The notes under the pieces: model-generated | Seen by the model: the letters and a program-made list of their open reading frames with translations, nothing else | Databases searched by the model: none | What the model was told of the DNA's origin: nothing | Program-made: the position numbers and the translations under genes | Origin: a virus | Taxonomy: Duplodnaviria > Caudoviricetes | Virus record (IMG/VR): IMGVR_UViG_3300043754_000035 | Span: 1 to 54,145 of that record | Length of the DNA stretch: 54,145 nucleotides | Strand: one strand, 5' to 3' | Shown here: positions 7,926 through 17,456 of the stretch, piece after piece | Numbering within the stretch: position 1 is the stretch's first letter | Layout of the letters: the number at the start of each line of letters is the position of its first letter

Positions 7926-8165
7926 ATGACGGCAGTGATCGGCGAGGTCCCCGCAGCTCGACGCCCGCGCATCCCGGGCGCCGTCGTGCTGCTCGCCCGC
8001 CGCGCCGCCGACCACGCCAAGGCCACCGCCGCGCGCCTCTCCGGCAGCCTGCTCACCGCCGCCGGCCTCGGCTGCATCGACGTTGGCGCTTTCGAGGCCC
8101 ACCCAATCGCCGGATGGGTCGTCACGGGCATCTCGCTGATGGCCCTGGAATGGACGCTTGAGTGA
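7926..8165 (+). CDS. Small membrane protein before portal
   Basis: Two hydrophobic segments; GTGA overlap with portal. Confidence 0.7.
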   Translation: MTAVIGEVPAARRPRIPGAVVLLARRAADHAKATAARLSGSLLTAAGLGCIDVGAFEAHPIAGWVVTGISLMALEWTLE

Positions 8166-9532
8166 GCGGCCTCTTCGGGAAGCTCATAGCCAAGGCTGGC
8201 GGGGCCTCGGCCGAGCCGCCCGTGTCCTACGCCGCGCACGGCTTCGCCTCCATGGGTGCCGGCAACGCCGGATCGGACCCGGGCAGCTACATGCGCGCCT
8301 ACGGCTCGTCAGGCACCGTCTTCTCCATCGTCAGCATGCTGGCCCGGCAGACCGCCAAGCACGACTGGCACCTCTACCGGCAGCAGCCGCAAGACGGACG
8401 CCGCCGCTACACCACCGGCGACAAGGGCTCCGATCAGCGCATCGAGGTCATCAAGCACCTCGCGATCGCGCTGTGGAACAAACCGAACGACTTCATGAGC
8501 GGCTTTCAGCTCCGCGAGCTGTCCCAGACGTACCTCGACCTCACCGGCGAGAGCTACATCATCGTGCAGCGCGACGGCCGCGCGACGTTCCCGATCGGCC
8601 TTTGGCCGGCGCGGCCGGACCGGATGTTCCCAGTACCGGGCCGTGATCAGTTCTTGCAGGGCTACATCTACCAGGGGCCGTCGGGCGAGAAGGTGCCGCT
8701 GCAGCCCAACGAAGTGATCATGACGAAGTACCCGAACCCGTTCGACATTTACCACGGGCTCGGGCCGATCCAGTCGATCCTCGTCGACATCGACGCCGCG
8801 AAGTACAGCGCGCAGTGGAACAGGAACTTCTTCCTGAACAGCGCCACCCCCGGCGGCGTCATCCAGGTCGACAAGCGGCTCAGCGATGACGAGTGGAACG
8901 AGTTCACCAACCGCTGGCGCGAGTCCCACCGCGGTGTTGGCGCAGCGCACCGCGTCGCCGTGCTGGAGCAGGGCGCGGTGTGGGTGCCGAACGCGCACAC
9001 GATCAGGGACATGGATTTCGCCGGGCTCCGCAACATCTCCCGCGACGTCATCCGCGAAGCGTTCGCCATGCACAAGGCGATCCTCGGCACCTCCGACGAC
9101 GTCAACCGCGCCAACTCCCAGACCGCACAGGAGCACTTCGAGTCGTTCCTGATCGCCGACCGGCTCGACCGGTGGCGCGACACCCTCAACTGCAGCTACT
9201 TGCCCCTGTTCGGCTCCACCGGTGAGGGCGTCGAGATGGACCACGACGACCCGGTCACCGGCAACCGCGAAGCCGACGCGCTGGAGCTCAAGTCGAAGGC
9301 GCAGGCCGCGCTGTGGCTCGTCGGCGCGGGCTACGACCCGTCCGACGTGCTGGAGACAGTGGGCCTCCCGGACATGGGCGTGGTGGAGCAGGCGACGCAG
9401 GCCCCGGCGCTGCCGCCCGCGTGGGTGCCCGCAGCGCCCGCCGGACCCGAGCCGGAGCAGGACGACGACGGCGACGCCTTGGAGGCGCTGATGGCCAAGC
9501 AGCTGGCCTGGAACAAGGCAGGTGCCCGATGA
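8162..9532 (+). CDS. Portal protein (HK97 family)
   Basis: L.GESY, PDRM, NPFD.YHGLGPI, N.NFF.N.ATPGG motifs; synteny. Confidence 0.92.
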   Translation: MSGLFGKLIAKAGGASAEPPVSYAAHGFASMGAGNAGSDPGSYMRAYGSSGTVFSIVSMLARQTAKHDWHLYRQQPQDGRRRYTTGDKGSDQRIEVIKHLAIALWNKPNDFMSGFQLRELSQTYLDLTGESYIIVQRDGRATFPIGLWPARPDRMFPVPGRDQFLQGYIYQGPSGEKVPLQPNEVIMTKYPNPFDIYHGLGPIQSILVDIDAAKYSAQWNRNFFLNSATPGGVIQVDKRLSDDEWNEFTNRWRESHRGVGAAHRVAVLEQGAVWVPNAHTIRDMDFAGLRNISRDVIREAFAMHKAILGTSDDVNRANSQTAQEHFESFLIADRLDRWRDTLNCSYLPLFGSTGEGVEMDHDDPVTGNREADALELKSKAQAALWLVGAGYDPSDVLETVGLPDMGVVEQATQAPALPPAWVPAAPAGPEPEQDDDGDALEALMAKQLAWNKAGAR

Positions 9533-9810
9533 CGACCCCACCGCAGCCTCCGCCGTTCGACCCGGGCAACCAACTCCTCGGCGAGACCCCGGCGCAGATC
9601 ACCACCGCGCTGGTCGACACCCCGCGCGGGCAGCGCATGGCGCTGACCGTCCGCACCGGCTCGACGACGATGACCGTGTTCCTGTCCCGAGACGATGCGC
9701 ACGCGTGGGCTCAGCCCATCAACACCTCCGCCGGGCAGATGTCCGGGCTGCTCCTGGTCGGCGCCGGGGCGATGCCGCTCGGCGAGCCAGGAGAGGCGGT
9801 GGCGCGGTGA
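9529..9810 (+). CDS. Hypothetical protein
   Basis: ATGA/GTGA overlaps between portal and protease. Confidence 0.7.
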   Translation: MTTPPQPPPFDPGNQLLGETPAQITTALVDTPRGQRMALTVRTGSTTMTVFLSRDDAHAWAQPINTSAGQMSGLLLVGAGAMPLGEPGEAVAR

Positions 9811-11111
9811 ACCGCGACGCGATGCGGCGCTCGGCGCAGCGCATCACCAACCTCGTCCAGCAGCCCAAGAGCAGCTGGTACCGGGTGCTCCGCAACGACG
9901 CCGGCGGCCCGACCCGAGTCGACATCTATGACGAGATCGGCGGTGGCGGCTGGTTCTCCAGCGGCGTGACCGCTGTCGACTTCGTCAACGAGCTGGCGTC
10001 CATCAACGGCGACATCGAGGTCCACATCAACAGCCCTGGTGGGGACGTCTTCGACGGCTTGGCGATCTACAACTCGCTGGCGCAGCGCCCCGGCAAGGTC
10101 ACCACCGTCGTTGATGGCATCGCCGCGTCGGCGGCGTCGTTCATCGCGATGGCCGGGACGCAGAGGCTGATCTGCCCCGGCGCGATGATGATGATCCACG
10201 ACGCGTCCGGGCTGTGTATGGGCAACGCCGCGGACATGCGTGAGACCGCCGAACTCCTCGACAAGGTCAGCGACAACATCGCGGGCATCTACGCCGACCA
10301 GACCGGCCGCGCGGACGGCTGGCGCGACGCGATGCAGCAGGAGACCTGGTACAACGCCGACGAGGCCGTGGCCGCCGGGCTCGTGCACAAGCTCGCGGAG
10401 CGTCCGGCGCAGGACGCGCTCGCCGCAGCGGCCCACTTCGACCTAAGTCTGTACGCGCACGCCCCGCGCCTGCAGAACGCCGACCAGCACAGCCCGTTCA
10501 CCGGCACCCACACCCACGCGCACCCCGCCTTCGGCGACCAGGGCGGCGACGGCAGCCACGAACACGAGCACAGCCACGACGGCGACGCCGAACACCACCA
10601 CACCCACGCCACGGAGAACCGGGCACCAGGGCGGGTGTTGGGCGTCGAGTCGATGCCGCTGACCAACGAGGCACTCCCGGTCCACCACACCGCCACGGTG
10701 GACGAGCCGTGGGACGGCCCAGCCGCCGTCGCCGCGATGCCCAACGACGCCACCGTGCTGCGCTACTGCCACGCGTGGGAGGACTCGGCAGCCGACGACG
10801 GCACCGCCGATGACCCTGACGGCGACGCCGACGACAAGAAGGCGTCGTTCAAGTTCCCCCACCACGAGACCAAGGGTGGTCCAGCGAACCTTGCGGCCTG
10901 CCGCAACGGGTTGGCCCGGCTTGAGGGTTCGAGCATCCCCGAGGCCGACAAGGCGGGCGTGCGGAAGCACCTGCAGGCGCACCTCGACGACGCCCACGAG
11001 GGCGACGACGACGGCGGCACCGACAACCATGCCGGGATCCCCGGCTGGTTCCACGACCACAGCGCGCCGGCCCCGGCGTGGCTGCACAACCACGCCGAGG
11101 AGGCGCAGTGA
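9807..11111 (+). CDS. ClpP-like (S14) prohead maturation protease with His-rich linker and extra C-terminal domain
   Basis: INSPGGDVFDGLAIYN, DGIAASAASFIAMAG, MMIHDA, ETWYNADEAV. Confidence 0.9.
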   Translation: MNRDAMRRSAQRITNLVQQPKSSWYRVLRNDAGGPTRVDIYDEIGGGGWFSSGVTAVDFVNELASINGDIEVHINSPGGDVFDGLAIYNSLAQRPGKVTTVVDGIAASAASFIAMAGTQRLICPGAMMMIHDASGLCMGNAADMRETAELLDKVSDNIAGIYADQTGRADGWRDAMQQETWYNADEAVAAGLVHKLAERPAQDALAAAAHFDLSLYAHAPRLQNADQHSPFTGTHTHAHPAFGDQGGDGSHEHEHSHDGDAEHHHTHATENRAPGRVLGVESMPLTNEALPVHHTATVDEPWDGPAAVAAMPNDATVLRYCHAWEDSAADDGTADDPDGDADDKKASFKFPHHETKGGPANLAACRNGLARLEGSSIPEADKAGVRKHLQAHLDDAHEGDDDGGTDNHAGIPGWFHDHSAPAPAWLHNHAEEAQ

Positions 11112-12505
11112 CGATCACCATTCCGGACTCCCCGGCGGGTCTGGCCGAGGTCCTCAACGACGCAGGCAAGATGAGGGAACTGTGGGAGTCCAAGGAGTCC
11201 CTCGGCGAGTTCATCGAGGGCTACGCCAACGCGGTCGACAAGCGCGACAAGGGCAACGTCAAGGCCGAGATCCGCGAGCAGACGCAGCTCGTGCTGGCCG
11301 AACTGCTGAGGGACAACGGCTCCGACGCCAAGCCGCCCGTCGACCTGGCCGCCGGCCCGGCACACAAGCAGACCCCGATGATCTCGAACCTGCCGACGGG
11401 TATCCGCAAGTCGCTGTACAACAAGCGCGCCCCGGGCGTGCACGCCGACGGCATCTTCGACGACGCCGCCGAGTTCTTCCGCGCCACCTGGCACCACTCG
11501 CGGCGCCTGAAGGACTGGGGTGAGCTCGCGCCGAAGGTCTCCAAGCTTCAGGAGATCCAGAACTCCTACGGTTCTGAGGTCCCCGGCGACGGCGGCTTCC
11601 TCATCCCGGAGGAACTGAGGTCCGAGATCCTCCAGCTGGCGCTGGAGGAGGCGGTCGTGCGCCCGCGCGCCACGGTCATCCCGATGTCGAGCCTGCGGGT
11701 GCCGATCCCGACGATCGACGACACCTCGCACCAGAGCAGCATCCTCGGTGGCGTCGTCGCGTACTGGACGGAGGAGGCTGCGGGCCTGACCGAGTCCCAG
11801 GCCAGCTTTGGTCGCGTCGTCCTCGACGCCAAAAAGTTGACCGCGTACGCCGAGGTTCCCAACGAGCTGCTGATGGACGCCCCGGCGTTCGAGGGCTTCT
11901 TCTCCAGCACCTTCCCCAAGGCCATCAACTGGTACGAGGACGCTGCGTTCCTGTCCGGCACCGGCAACGGCGAGCCGCAGGGCTTCATCAACTCGCCGGT
12001 CGCGGTCGTGCAGGCCGCAGAGGCCGGCCAGCTCACTGGCACGATCGTGTGGGAAAACATCGTCAAGATGTACAGCAGAATGCTCCCCACCTCGCTCGGC
12101 CGCGCGGTGTGGATCGTCTCGCCGGACACCTTCCCGCAGCTGGCCACCATGGCACTGTCGGTCGGCACCGGCGGCGGGCCGGTCTGGATCGGCAACTTCT
12201 CCGGCGGAAACGGCGGCGACGCCGCACCGCCCGCCACGATCCTCGGGCGCCCCGTCCTGATCTCCGAGAAGGTCGGGCCGCTGAGCACCACCGGCGACAT
12301 CACCTTCGTCGACCTGTCGTACTACCTCATCGGCGACCGCATGGAGATGACGTCCTCGGCGTCCGAGCACTACAAGTTCGCGAACGACAAGACGGCCTAC
12401 AGGGTCGTCTCCCGGGTCGACGGCCGTCCGTGGCTCCAGACCGCGCTGACGCCGAAGAACGGTGGCCCGACCCTGTCGCCGATCGTCCAGCTCGCTTCCC
12501 GCTGA
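11108..12505 (+). CDS. Major capsid protein (HK97 fold)
   Basis: DGGFLIPEE, AYWTEE, KKLTAY...NELLMD, GTGNGEPQG, TILGRPV, GDI.FVDLSYY. Confidence 0.93.
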   Translation: MTITIPDSPAGLAEVLNDAGKMRELWESKESLGEFIEGYANAVDKRDKGNVKAEIREQTQLVLAELLRDNGSDAKPPVDLAAGPAHKQTPMISNLPTGIRKSLYNKRAPGVHADGIFDDAAEFFRATWHHSRRLKDWGELAPKVSKLQEIQNSYGSEVPGDGGFLIPEELRSEILQLALEEAVVRPRATVIPMSSLRVPIPTIDDTSHQSSILGGVVAYWTEEAAGLTESQASFGRVVLDAKKLTAYAEVPNELLMDAPAFEGFFSSTFPKAINWYEDAAFLSGTGNGEPQGFINSPVAVVQAAEAGQLTGTIVWENIVKMYSRMLPTSLGRAVWIVSPDTFPQLATMALSVGTGGGPVWIGNFSGGNGGDAAPPATILGRPVLISEKVGPLSTTGDITFVDLSYYLIGDRMEMTSSASEHYKFANDKTAYRVVSRVDGRPWLQTALTPKNGGPTLSPIVQLASR

Positions 12506-12561
12506 TCCGAGCGGCAGTGACGCCCCGCTAGCAACCCCAGTCACAAGGAGAGGAACAGCAG

Positions 12562-12987
12562 ATGGCAGGCATGGAAGGACTCGGGCGGCTGCTCGACGTC
12601 ATCCCGATCGCGGCCGGCAACGCGTTCAAGTTCCGCGGTGCCAGCGCCGTGACGTTCGTGTGCACCGGCAACGACACGTTCACGCTCACCGTCGCGTCGA
12701 CGTTCGGCGGCTCGTACGCCACTCCCGGCAACCTCATCAACCACTACTACCAGCGCGCTGACACCAACGCTACGCACGCCTGGACGAAGCAGACCCAGTC
12801 CCTGTCCAACGCGGTCGTCCAGGCCAGCTCGGGCTACACCACCGCGTTCGAGGTCCTGACCAGCTGGATCACCGACCCGAACGCCTACCTGAAGGTTTCC
12901 GTCGGCGCGTCCGGCCTGGTCACGGCGATCCTCCATGACCTCACCGTCCAGAGGAAGCCCGCGAACCTCGAGATCCTGGGGGCCTAA
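12562..12987 (+). CDS. Virion-associated protein (possible capsid decoration)
   Basis: AGGAGAGG RBS; beta-rich; directly after capsid. Confidence 0.7.
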   Translation: MAGMEGLGRLLDVIPIAAGNAFKFRGASAVTFVCTGNDTFTLTVASTFGGSYATPGNLINHYYQRADTNATHAWTKQTQSLSNAVVQASSGYTTAFEVLTSWITDPNAYLKVSVGASGLVTAILHDLTVQRKPANLEILGA

Positions 12988-12989
12988 CC

Positions 12990-13460
12990 ATGGCCACGCT
13001 CCTCCAGAACAAGGACGTCCGGCAGCTCGCCCTCGGCAACCAGCTCAGCCGTGCCACCAACACGCTGCCGGCTTCTACGGTCGGCAACATCTTCACGATC
13101 ACGGGCGGCCGGATCCTGCTGATCGCGCTGATCGGCGAGGTCACCACGGCGATCCAGAACCAGGCGTGCACGCTCAAGGTGTCCACGGCGCCGACGGTCG
13201 GCAGCGCGGTCGACCTGTGCGCCGCCGGTTCGATCATCAACGCGGCGGTCGGCACGCACTTCAGCCTCCCGTCCGCGGCGGCCTCGGCGCTGGTGACCGA
13301 CCTCGGCACCGGCGGCGGCGTCCAGGACGTCATGACGTCGGCCTGGCTCGTTCCGGTCGGCTCGCTCACGATCACCACCTCGGCGACGAACACCGGGTCG
13401 GTGAAGTGGGACCTCGCTTACATCCCGTGGGACAACGCAGCCCAGGTCGCGGCGGCCTGA
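12990..13460 (+). CDS. Beta-rich virion protein
   Basis: Thr/Gly/Ala-rich; synteny. Confidence 0.7.
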   Translation: MATLLQNKDVRQLALGNQLSRATNTLPASTVGNIFTITGGRILLIALIGEVTTAIQNQACTLKVSTAPTVGSAVDLCAAGSIINAAVGTHFSLPSAAASALVTDLGTGGGVQDVMTSAWLVPVGSLTITTSATNTGSVKWDLAYIPWDNAAQVAAA

Positions 13461-13461
13461 C

Positions 13462-13857
13462 GTGTCACTCGAGGTGTGCCCGGCCTGCAGCACCCGCTTC
13501 GCGGTGGGGCTGTTCCGCTGCCCGCAGTGCCGGGCCACCGCGCCGCTGTTCGCCGACCGAGTCGAGAAGGAGTCGAAGATGGCGAGGATCACGGTTGCTG
13601 GCGGGCCGTCCAACGCTGCGGCGCAGCCCGGCGAGCCGGGCTATGTGGAGCAGCCCGCCGAGGTGTCCCTCGTCGCCATCACCGGCGAACACGGGCCCGA
13701 TCTGGTCGGCTTCGCTGGCCGCGGGACGACCATCCCGATCGAGGCGTTGACCGACCAGCAGGACGGCGAGCCCGTAGCGGCACCGGAGCAGCCCGCTAAG
13801 GCTGCCCCGGCAAGCAAGCGCACCAGCGCCCGCAAGGGCGGCGGAGGTGCATCGTGA
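13462..13857 (+). CDS. Hypothetical protein with N-terminal Zn ribbon
   Basis: CPAC...CPQC; possible internal start MARITV with AGGAG RBS. Confidence 0.65.
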   Translation: MSLEVCPACSTRFAVGLFRCPQCRATAPLFADRVEKESKMARITVAGGPSNAAAQPGEPGYVEQPAEVSLVAITGEHGPDLVGFAGRGTTIPIEALTDQQDGEPVAAPEQPAKAAPASKRTSARKGGGGAS

Positions 13858-14273
13858 CCTACACCCGGTCCACCATCTCGACCGAGCTGTTCCGTGCCTC
13901 CGCTCTCACGCTGAACAGCAACTCCGACACCGTCACCGCCGGAACCCTCAACGCCCTCACCGGGTCCACGGCCGGAACGATCGACTTCTCCCGGATCACC
14001 AACGGCCTGCTCGTCGTCAACGCCGCCAACGCCCCGACCGGCAGCACGCCCGGCCTGGCCATCTTCATCGACGTGAAGGACTACTTCGGGAACTGGGTCC
14101 TGGTCAGCAACAGCACCTCCATCAGCGGCGCCGTCCTGAACACCAGCGGCACCGTGTACGGCAACCTCTCGGCGAGCTACCAGCTGACCGACGTGGGCCG
14201 TATCCGATGGGTCGTCACCGGCACCGGAAGCCCGTCCTTCACCGGCGTCTCGTTCTCGCTGTACGGGCGGTGA
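13854..14273 (+). CDS. Beta-rich virion protein
   Basis: GGAGG RBS, GTGA overlap. Confidence 0.7.
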   Translation: MTYTRSTISTELFRASALTLNSNSDTVTAGTLNALTGSTAGTIDFSRITNGLLVVNAANAPTGSTPGLAIFIDVKDYFGNWVLVSNSTSISGAVLNTSGTVYGNLSASYQLTDVGRIRWVVTGTGSPSFTGVSFSLYGR

Positions 14274-14277
14274 CCCC

Positions 14278-14535
14278 GTGTCCTGGTACCAGCTTCTCGA
14301 CATCCGGCGGCAGGCCCGCGCCGAGTTCGAGCGTGACCCCAACGTCGTCGGGCCGCCGCTCGCCTGCCCCAACGACGGCGAGCCGCTGCTGCCCGGGCCG
14401 CCGAGCGAGGCAGGGACGTGGTTCTGCCCGTTCGACGGCTGGTCCTACCCGCGGGACTGGGTCCGTCCGGAGCCGCCAGCGGGCTTGTTCGACGGGGTCG
14501 CCGAAGGCCCCGGCAGCTACAGCGGTCTCCCGTAA
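14278..14535 (+). CDS. Hypothetical Zn-ribbon-like protein
   Basis: CPNDG...CPFDG. Confidence 0.65.
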   Translation: MSWYQLLDIRRQARAEFERDPNVVGPPLACPNDGEPLLPGPPSEAGTWFCPFDGWSYPRDWVRPEPPAGLFDGVAEGPGSYSGLP

Positions 14536-14571
14536 CCCCGTTCGCCAACCGATTCGCGTAAGGAGCGAAAC

Positions 14572-15111
14572 ATGGCACAGTTCTGGCGCAGCCTTCTCCC
14601 GGGCAGCAACGTGGTCGGCGTCGGCGCGGGCTCCGCGTACGCGTCGTCGACCACCCTCACCGACGTTTCCCCCGCCCCGCAGATCACGATCGCGGCGAAC
14701 AGCCTGTTCGTCGGCCAGCGACTGCGAGTCAAGGGCTACGGAATTTTCTCCAACACCGCCACGCCGACGCTGCTGCTCGGCATCTACTACGGCGGCGTGG
14801 CCGGCACCGCCCTGGCCGCAACCGGTGCGACCACGACCACCACGGGCGCGACGTCGTGGCCGTTCGACATCGAGCTCGACATCCTCGTGAAGTCGGTCGG
14901 CGCGACCGGCTCGGTGTGGTGCAACGGCAAGGTCAACCTCGGCACGTCGCTGACCGCGATGACGCCGATCTGGCTGCCGTCGACCCAGTCGCAGCCGATC
15001 ACCATCAACACCACCACCGCGAACGCGCTGACCATCGGCGCGCAGTGGGGCACCAACTCGGCCTCGAACACCCTGACCGTCGAGGACTTCTACGCCGAGA
15101 CCCTGGGCTGA
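14572..15111 (+). CDS. Beta-rich virion protein
   Basis: AAGGAG RBS; Thr/Gly-rich. Confidence 0.7.
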   Translation: MAQFWRSLLPGSNVVGVGAGSAYASSTTLTDVSPAPQITIAANSLFVGQRLRVKGYGIFSNTATPTLLLGIYYGGVAGTALAATGATTTTTGATSWPFDIELDILVKSVGATGSVWCNGKVNLGTSLTAMTPIWLPSTQSQPITINTTTANALTIGAQWGTNSASNTLTVEDFYAETLG

Positions 15112-15114
15112 TCC

Positions 15115-15405
15115 ATGAGCGTCGAGGTGTCACAGCCGACCATCGGCCGGATCGTCCACTACCGGCTCAGCGAACAGGACATGCCGCGGATTACAGCGCT
15201 GGTCAACGAACCCAGGCCATCCGGCCGCAGCCACGTCCTCAACCCCACCCGGGTGGGCGACACCGTGCCGGCCATCGTCGTCGCCAGCTGGGCCGAGCAG
15301 ACCGCCAACCTCCATGTCCTCCTCGACGGCGAGGTCACTCTCTGGGTGACCAGTGCCAAGGAGGGCGACGTGCCCGGTACCTGGGCGTGGCCGCCCCGAG
15401 TCTGA
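15115..15405 (+). CDS. Conserved-looking phage hypothetical protein
   Basis: PTIGRIVHY...PAIV...NL.V.LDG...PGTWAWPPRV. Confidence 0.7.
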   Translation: MSVEVSQPTIGRIVHYRLSEQDMPRITALVNEPRPSGRSHVLNPTRVGDTVPAIVVASWAEQTANLHVLLDGEVTLWVTSAKEGDVPGTWAWPPRV

Positions 15406-15451
15406 CCAGCGCCAACCAGCACAACATCGGCACCGCGAGGGAGGTGGAGCA

Positions 15452-16012
15452 GTGAAGGGGCATCACGGTCACCGGCAGAAGCATGCCCGTGCCGCGAAGC
15501 ACGCGGGGAGCGCCAAGCACCGACCGATGTCGGCGGCGCAGGCCGCGGCGTGGAAGAAGTTCCAGCAGGGCGGCGCCCACGCCCAGCACGTCCACGCGGT
15601 GGCTCGCCAGCAGCAGCAGGCCAAGCCGACGAAGTGGTCGCCCAACGCCGATGTGGCGTGCTGCGCTGCCGAGGCCCTGGCGGCGTCCCTGCGGCTCACA
15701 GGGCGGCCTGTGAGTGGCGAGGACGTGCTCGAGCTCTACTGGCACACCGCGAGCCACGAGGACGCCGGCGCCGGGCTGTTGGCGACCATCGAGGCCGCGG
15801 CCGAGTATGGCCTCGCCGGGGTCCGGCCGCTCGACGCCCGCCCGGCCACCGTACTTGGGACCGGCGTCGTCCTCGGCGTGGACCTGGCCGAGCGGCACGC
15901 CCTCACCGTCGACGGGCACGGCGTGTGGACGTGGGGCGAGTGGCGTCCGGCCCCGTGCGGGCTGCTCGAGGCTGCTGACGAGGCGTGGGAGGTCACATGG
16001 CCACGGCCCTGA
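15452..16012 (+). CDS. Putative papain-like cysteine peptidase with basic His/Lys-rich N-terminus
   Basis: GGAGG RBS; CCAAEALAASL helix, HALTVDG..VWTWG. Confidence 0.5.
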   Translation: MKGHHGHRQKHARAAKHAGSAKHRPMSAAQAAAWKKFQQGGAHAQHVHAVARQQQQAKPTKWSPNADVACCAAEALAASLRLTGRPVSGEDVLELYWHTASHEDAGAGLLATIEAAAEYGLAGVRPLDARPATVLGTGVVLGVDLAERHALTVDGHGVWTWGEWRPAPCGLLEAADEAWEVTWPRP

Positions 16013-17064
16013 CGACCCCGTGCTACTGCAGCCGTGAGGACGTGAAGCGCGCCATCGACATGAAGGAGACGGCGCGCAACAACTGGCAGATCGACCGGGC
16101 GATCCAGTCCGCCGCCCGCAACATCGAGGGCCACCTGCACCGCGTCTTCTACCCGAACGACACCACCCGGTACTTCGACTGGCCCAATTTCCAGTACGCG
16201 TACCCATGGCGTCTGTGGTTCGACCAGTGGGAGCTGGCGGCGATCCCGACCTCGGTCACGTCCGGCGGCACGACGATCCCGCTGACGGCGTGCAACTTCG
16301 AGCCCGTCAACTCCGGGCCGCCGTACACCTATCTGGAGCTCCGCCGGGACCAGTCCTACAGCTTCGGCGTGGGTTCGACTCCGCAGCGGGACATCGCCAT
16401 CACCGGCACCTGGGGCTTCTGGGCGGCCACGGACCCGGCCGGGCAGCTCGCGGCCGCGGTCAGCTCGACCACCTCCGGCACCGTGACCGTCTCCGACGGA
16501 AGCCTCATCGGCGTCGGCGACCTCCTGATCGTCGACTCCGAGCGGATGCTCGTCTCCAACCGGTCGAGCGTCAGCACCGGGCAGACGAACCTGACCGGCG
16601 CGACCACGGCCTCCCTGAACGACGTCACGATCGGCGCGAGCGACGGTACCCAGGTCCACATCGACGAGGTCATCCAGATCGACTCCGAGCGGATGCTCAT
16701 CGTCGACATCACCGGCAACGCCCTCACCGTGAAGCGGGCGTGGGACGGCACCGTGCTGGCCACACACGCCACAGGCACGGCCATCTACGCCTTCCGGACG
16801 CTGACTGTGCAGCGCGGCCAGCTCGGCACCACCGCGGCCACGCACTCCAACGCGGCGCCGGCCAGCATCCACCGCGTGCCGTCGCTGATCCGGGACCTCG
16901 CCATCGCCGAGGCGACGAACCGGCTGCTGCAGGAGACCGGCGGCTACACCGACCCGCAGGGCGAAGGCGCATCAACGGTCGCCCACCTCGGCACGTCGCT
17001 GGCGGACTTGTGGGACGAGGCCGAGACCACGTACGGGCGGAAGAACCGGCGGCGGGTGATCTGA
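15997..17064 (+). CDS. Head-tail adaptor with inserted beta-domains
   Basis: N-terminal YCSREDVK...AI.SAAR.IE..LHR.F, I.ITG.WG; internal repeat IVDSERMLV/QIDSERMLI. Confidence 0.7.
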   Translation: MATALTTPCYCSREDVKRAIDMKETARNNWQIDRAIQSAARNIEGHLHRVFYPNDTTRYFDWPNFQYAYPWRLWFDQWELAAIPTSVTSGGTTIPLTACNFEPVNSGPPYTYLELRRDQSYSFGVGSTPQRDIAITGTWGFWAATDPAGQLAAAVSSTTSGTVTVSDGSLIGVGDLLIVDSERMLVSNRSSVSTGQTNLTGATTASLNDVTIGASDGTQVHIDEVIQIDSERMLIVDITGNALTVKRAWDGTVLATHATGTAIYAFRTLTVQRGQLGTTAATHSNAAPASIHRVPSLIRDLAIAEATNRLLQETGGYTDPQGEGASTVAHLGTSLADLWDEAETTYGRKNRRRVI

Positions 17065-17456
17065 TGGCCTCCCAACTGACCGTGATGGTCCACAAGCAGG
17101 GGCCCCTCGTCGAGGGCTACGCCGAGCCGATTGTGGAGAAGCTCATCGCCAGTGCTGTGGCCGAGGGCGCCTCGTACACCATGCACGAGGTCCTCATGCA
17201 GCTCGACCAGGTGCTCCAGCACCCGACGGGCTACTACGAGTCGCAGATCCGCGCCCAACGGGTCGACGCCGAGACGTGGAGCGTCAACGACACCAACGTG
17301 ATCTACGGGCCGTGGCTTGAGGGCACCGGCTCCCGCAACGCCCCCGTGACCAAGTTCAAGGGCTACCACACGTTCCGGATCGTCCGGAACCGCATGGCCC
17401 AGAAGATGAAGGCCATCGTCGCCGCCCACCTTGACCGCGCGATCAAGGAGCTGTGA
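17064..17456 (+). CDS. HK97 gp10-like neck protein
   Basis: TGATG overlap; PTGYYESQI, YGPWLEGTGS. Confidence 0.65.
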   Translation: MASQLTVMVHKQGPLVEGYAEPIVEKLIASAVAEGASYTMHEVLMQLDQVLQHPTGYYESQIRAQRVDAETWSVNDTNVIYGPWLEGTGSRNAPVTKFKGYHTFRIVRNRMAQKMKAIVAAHLDRAIKEL

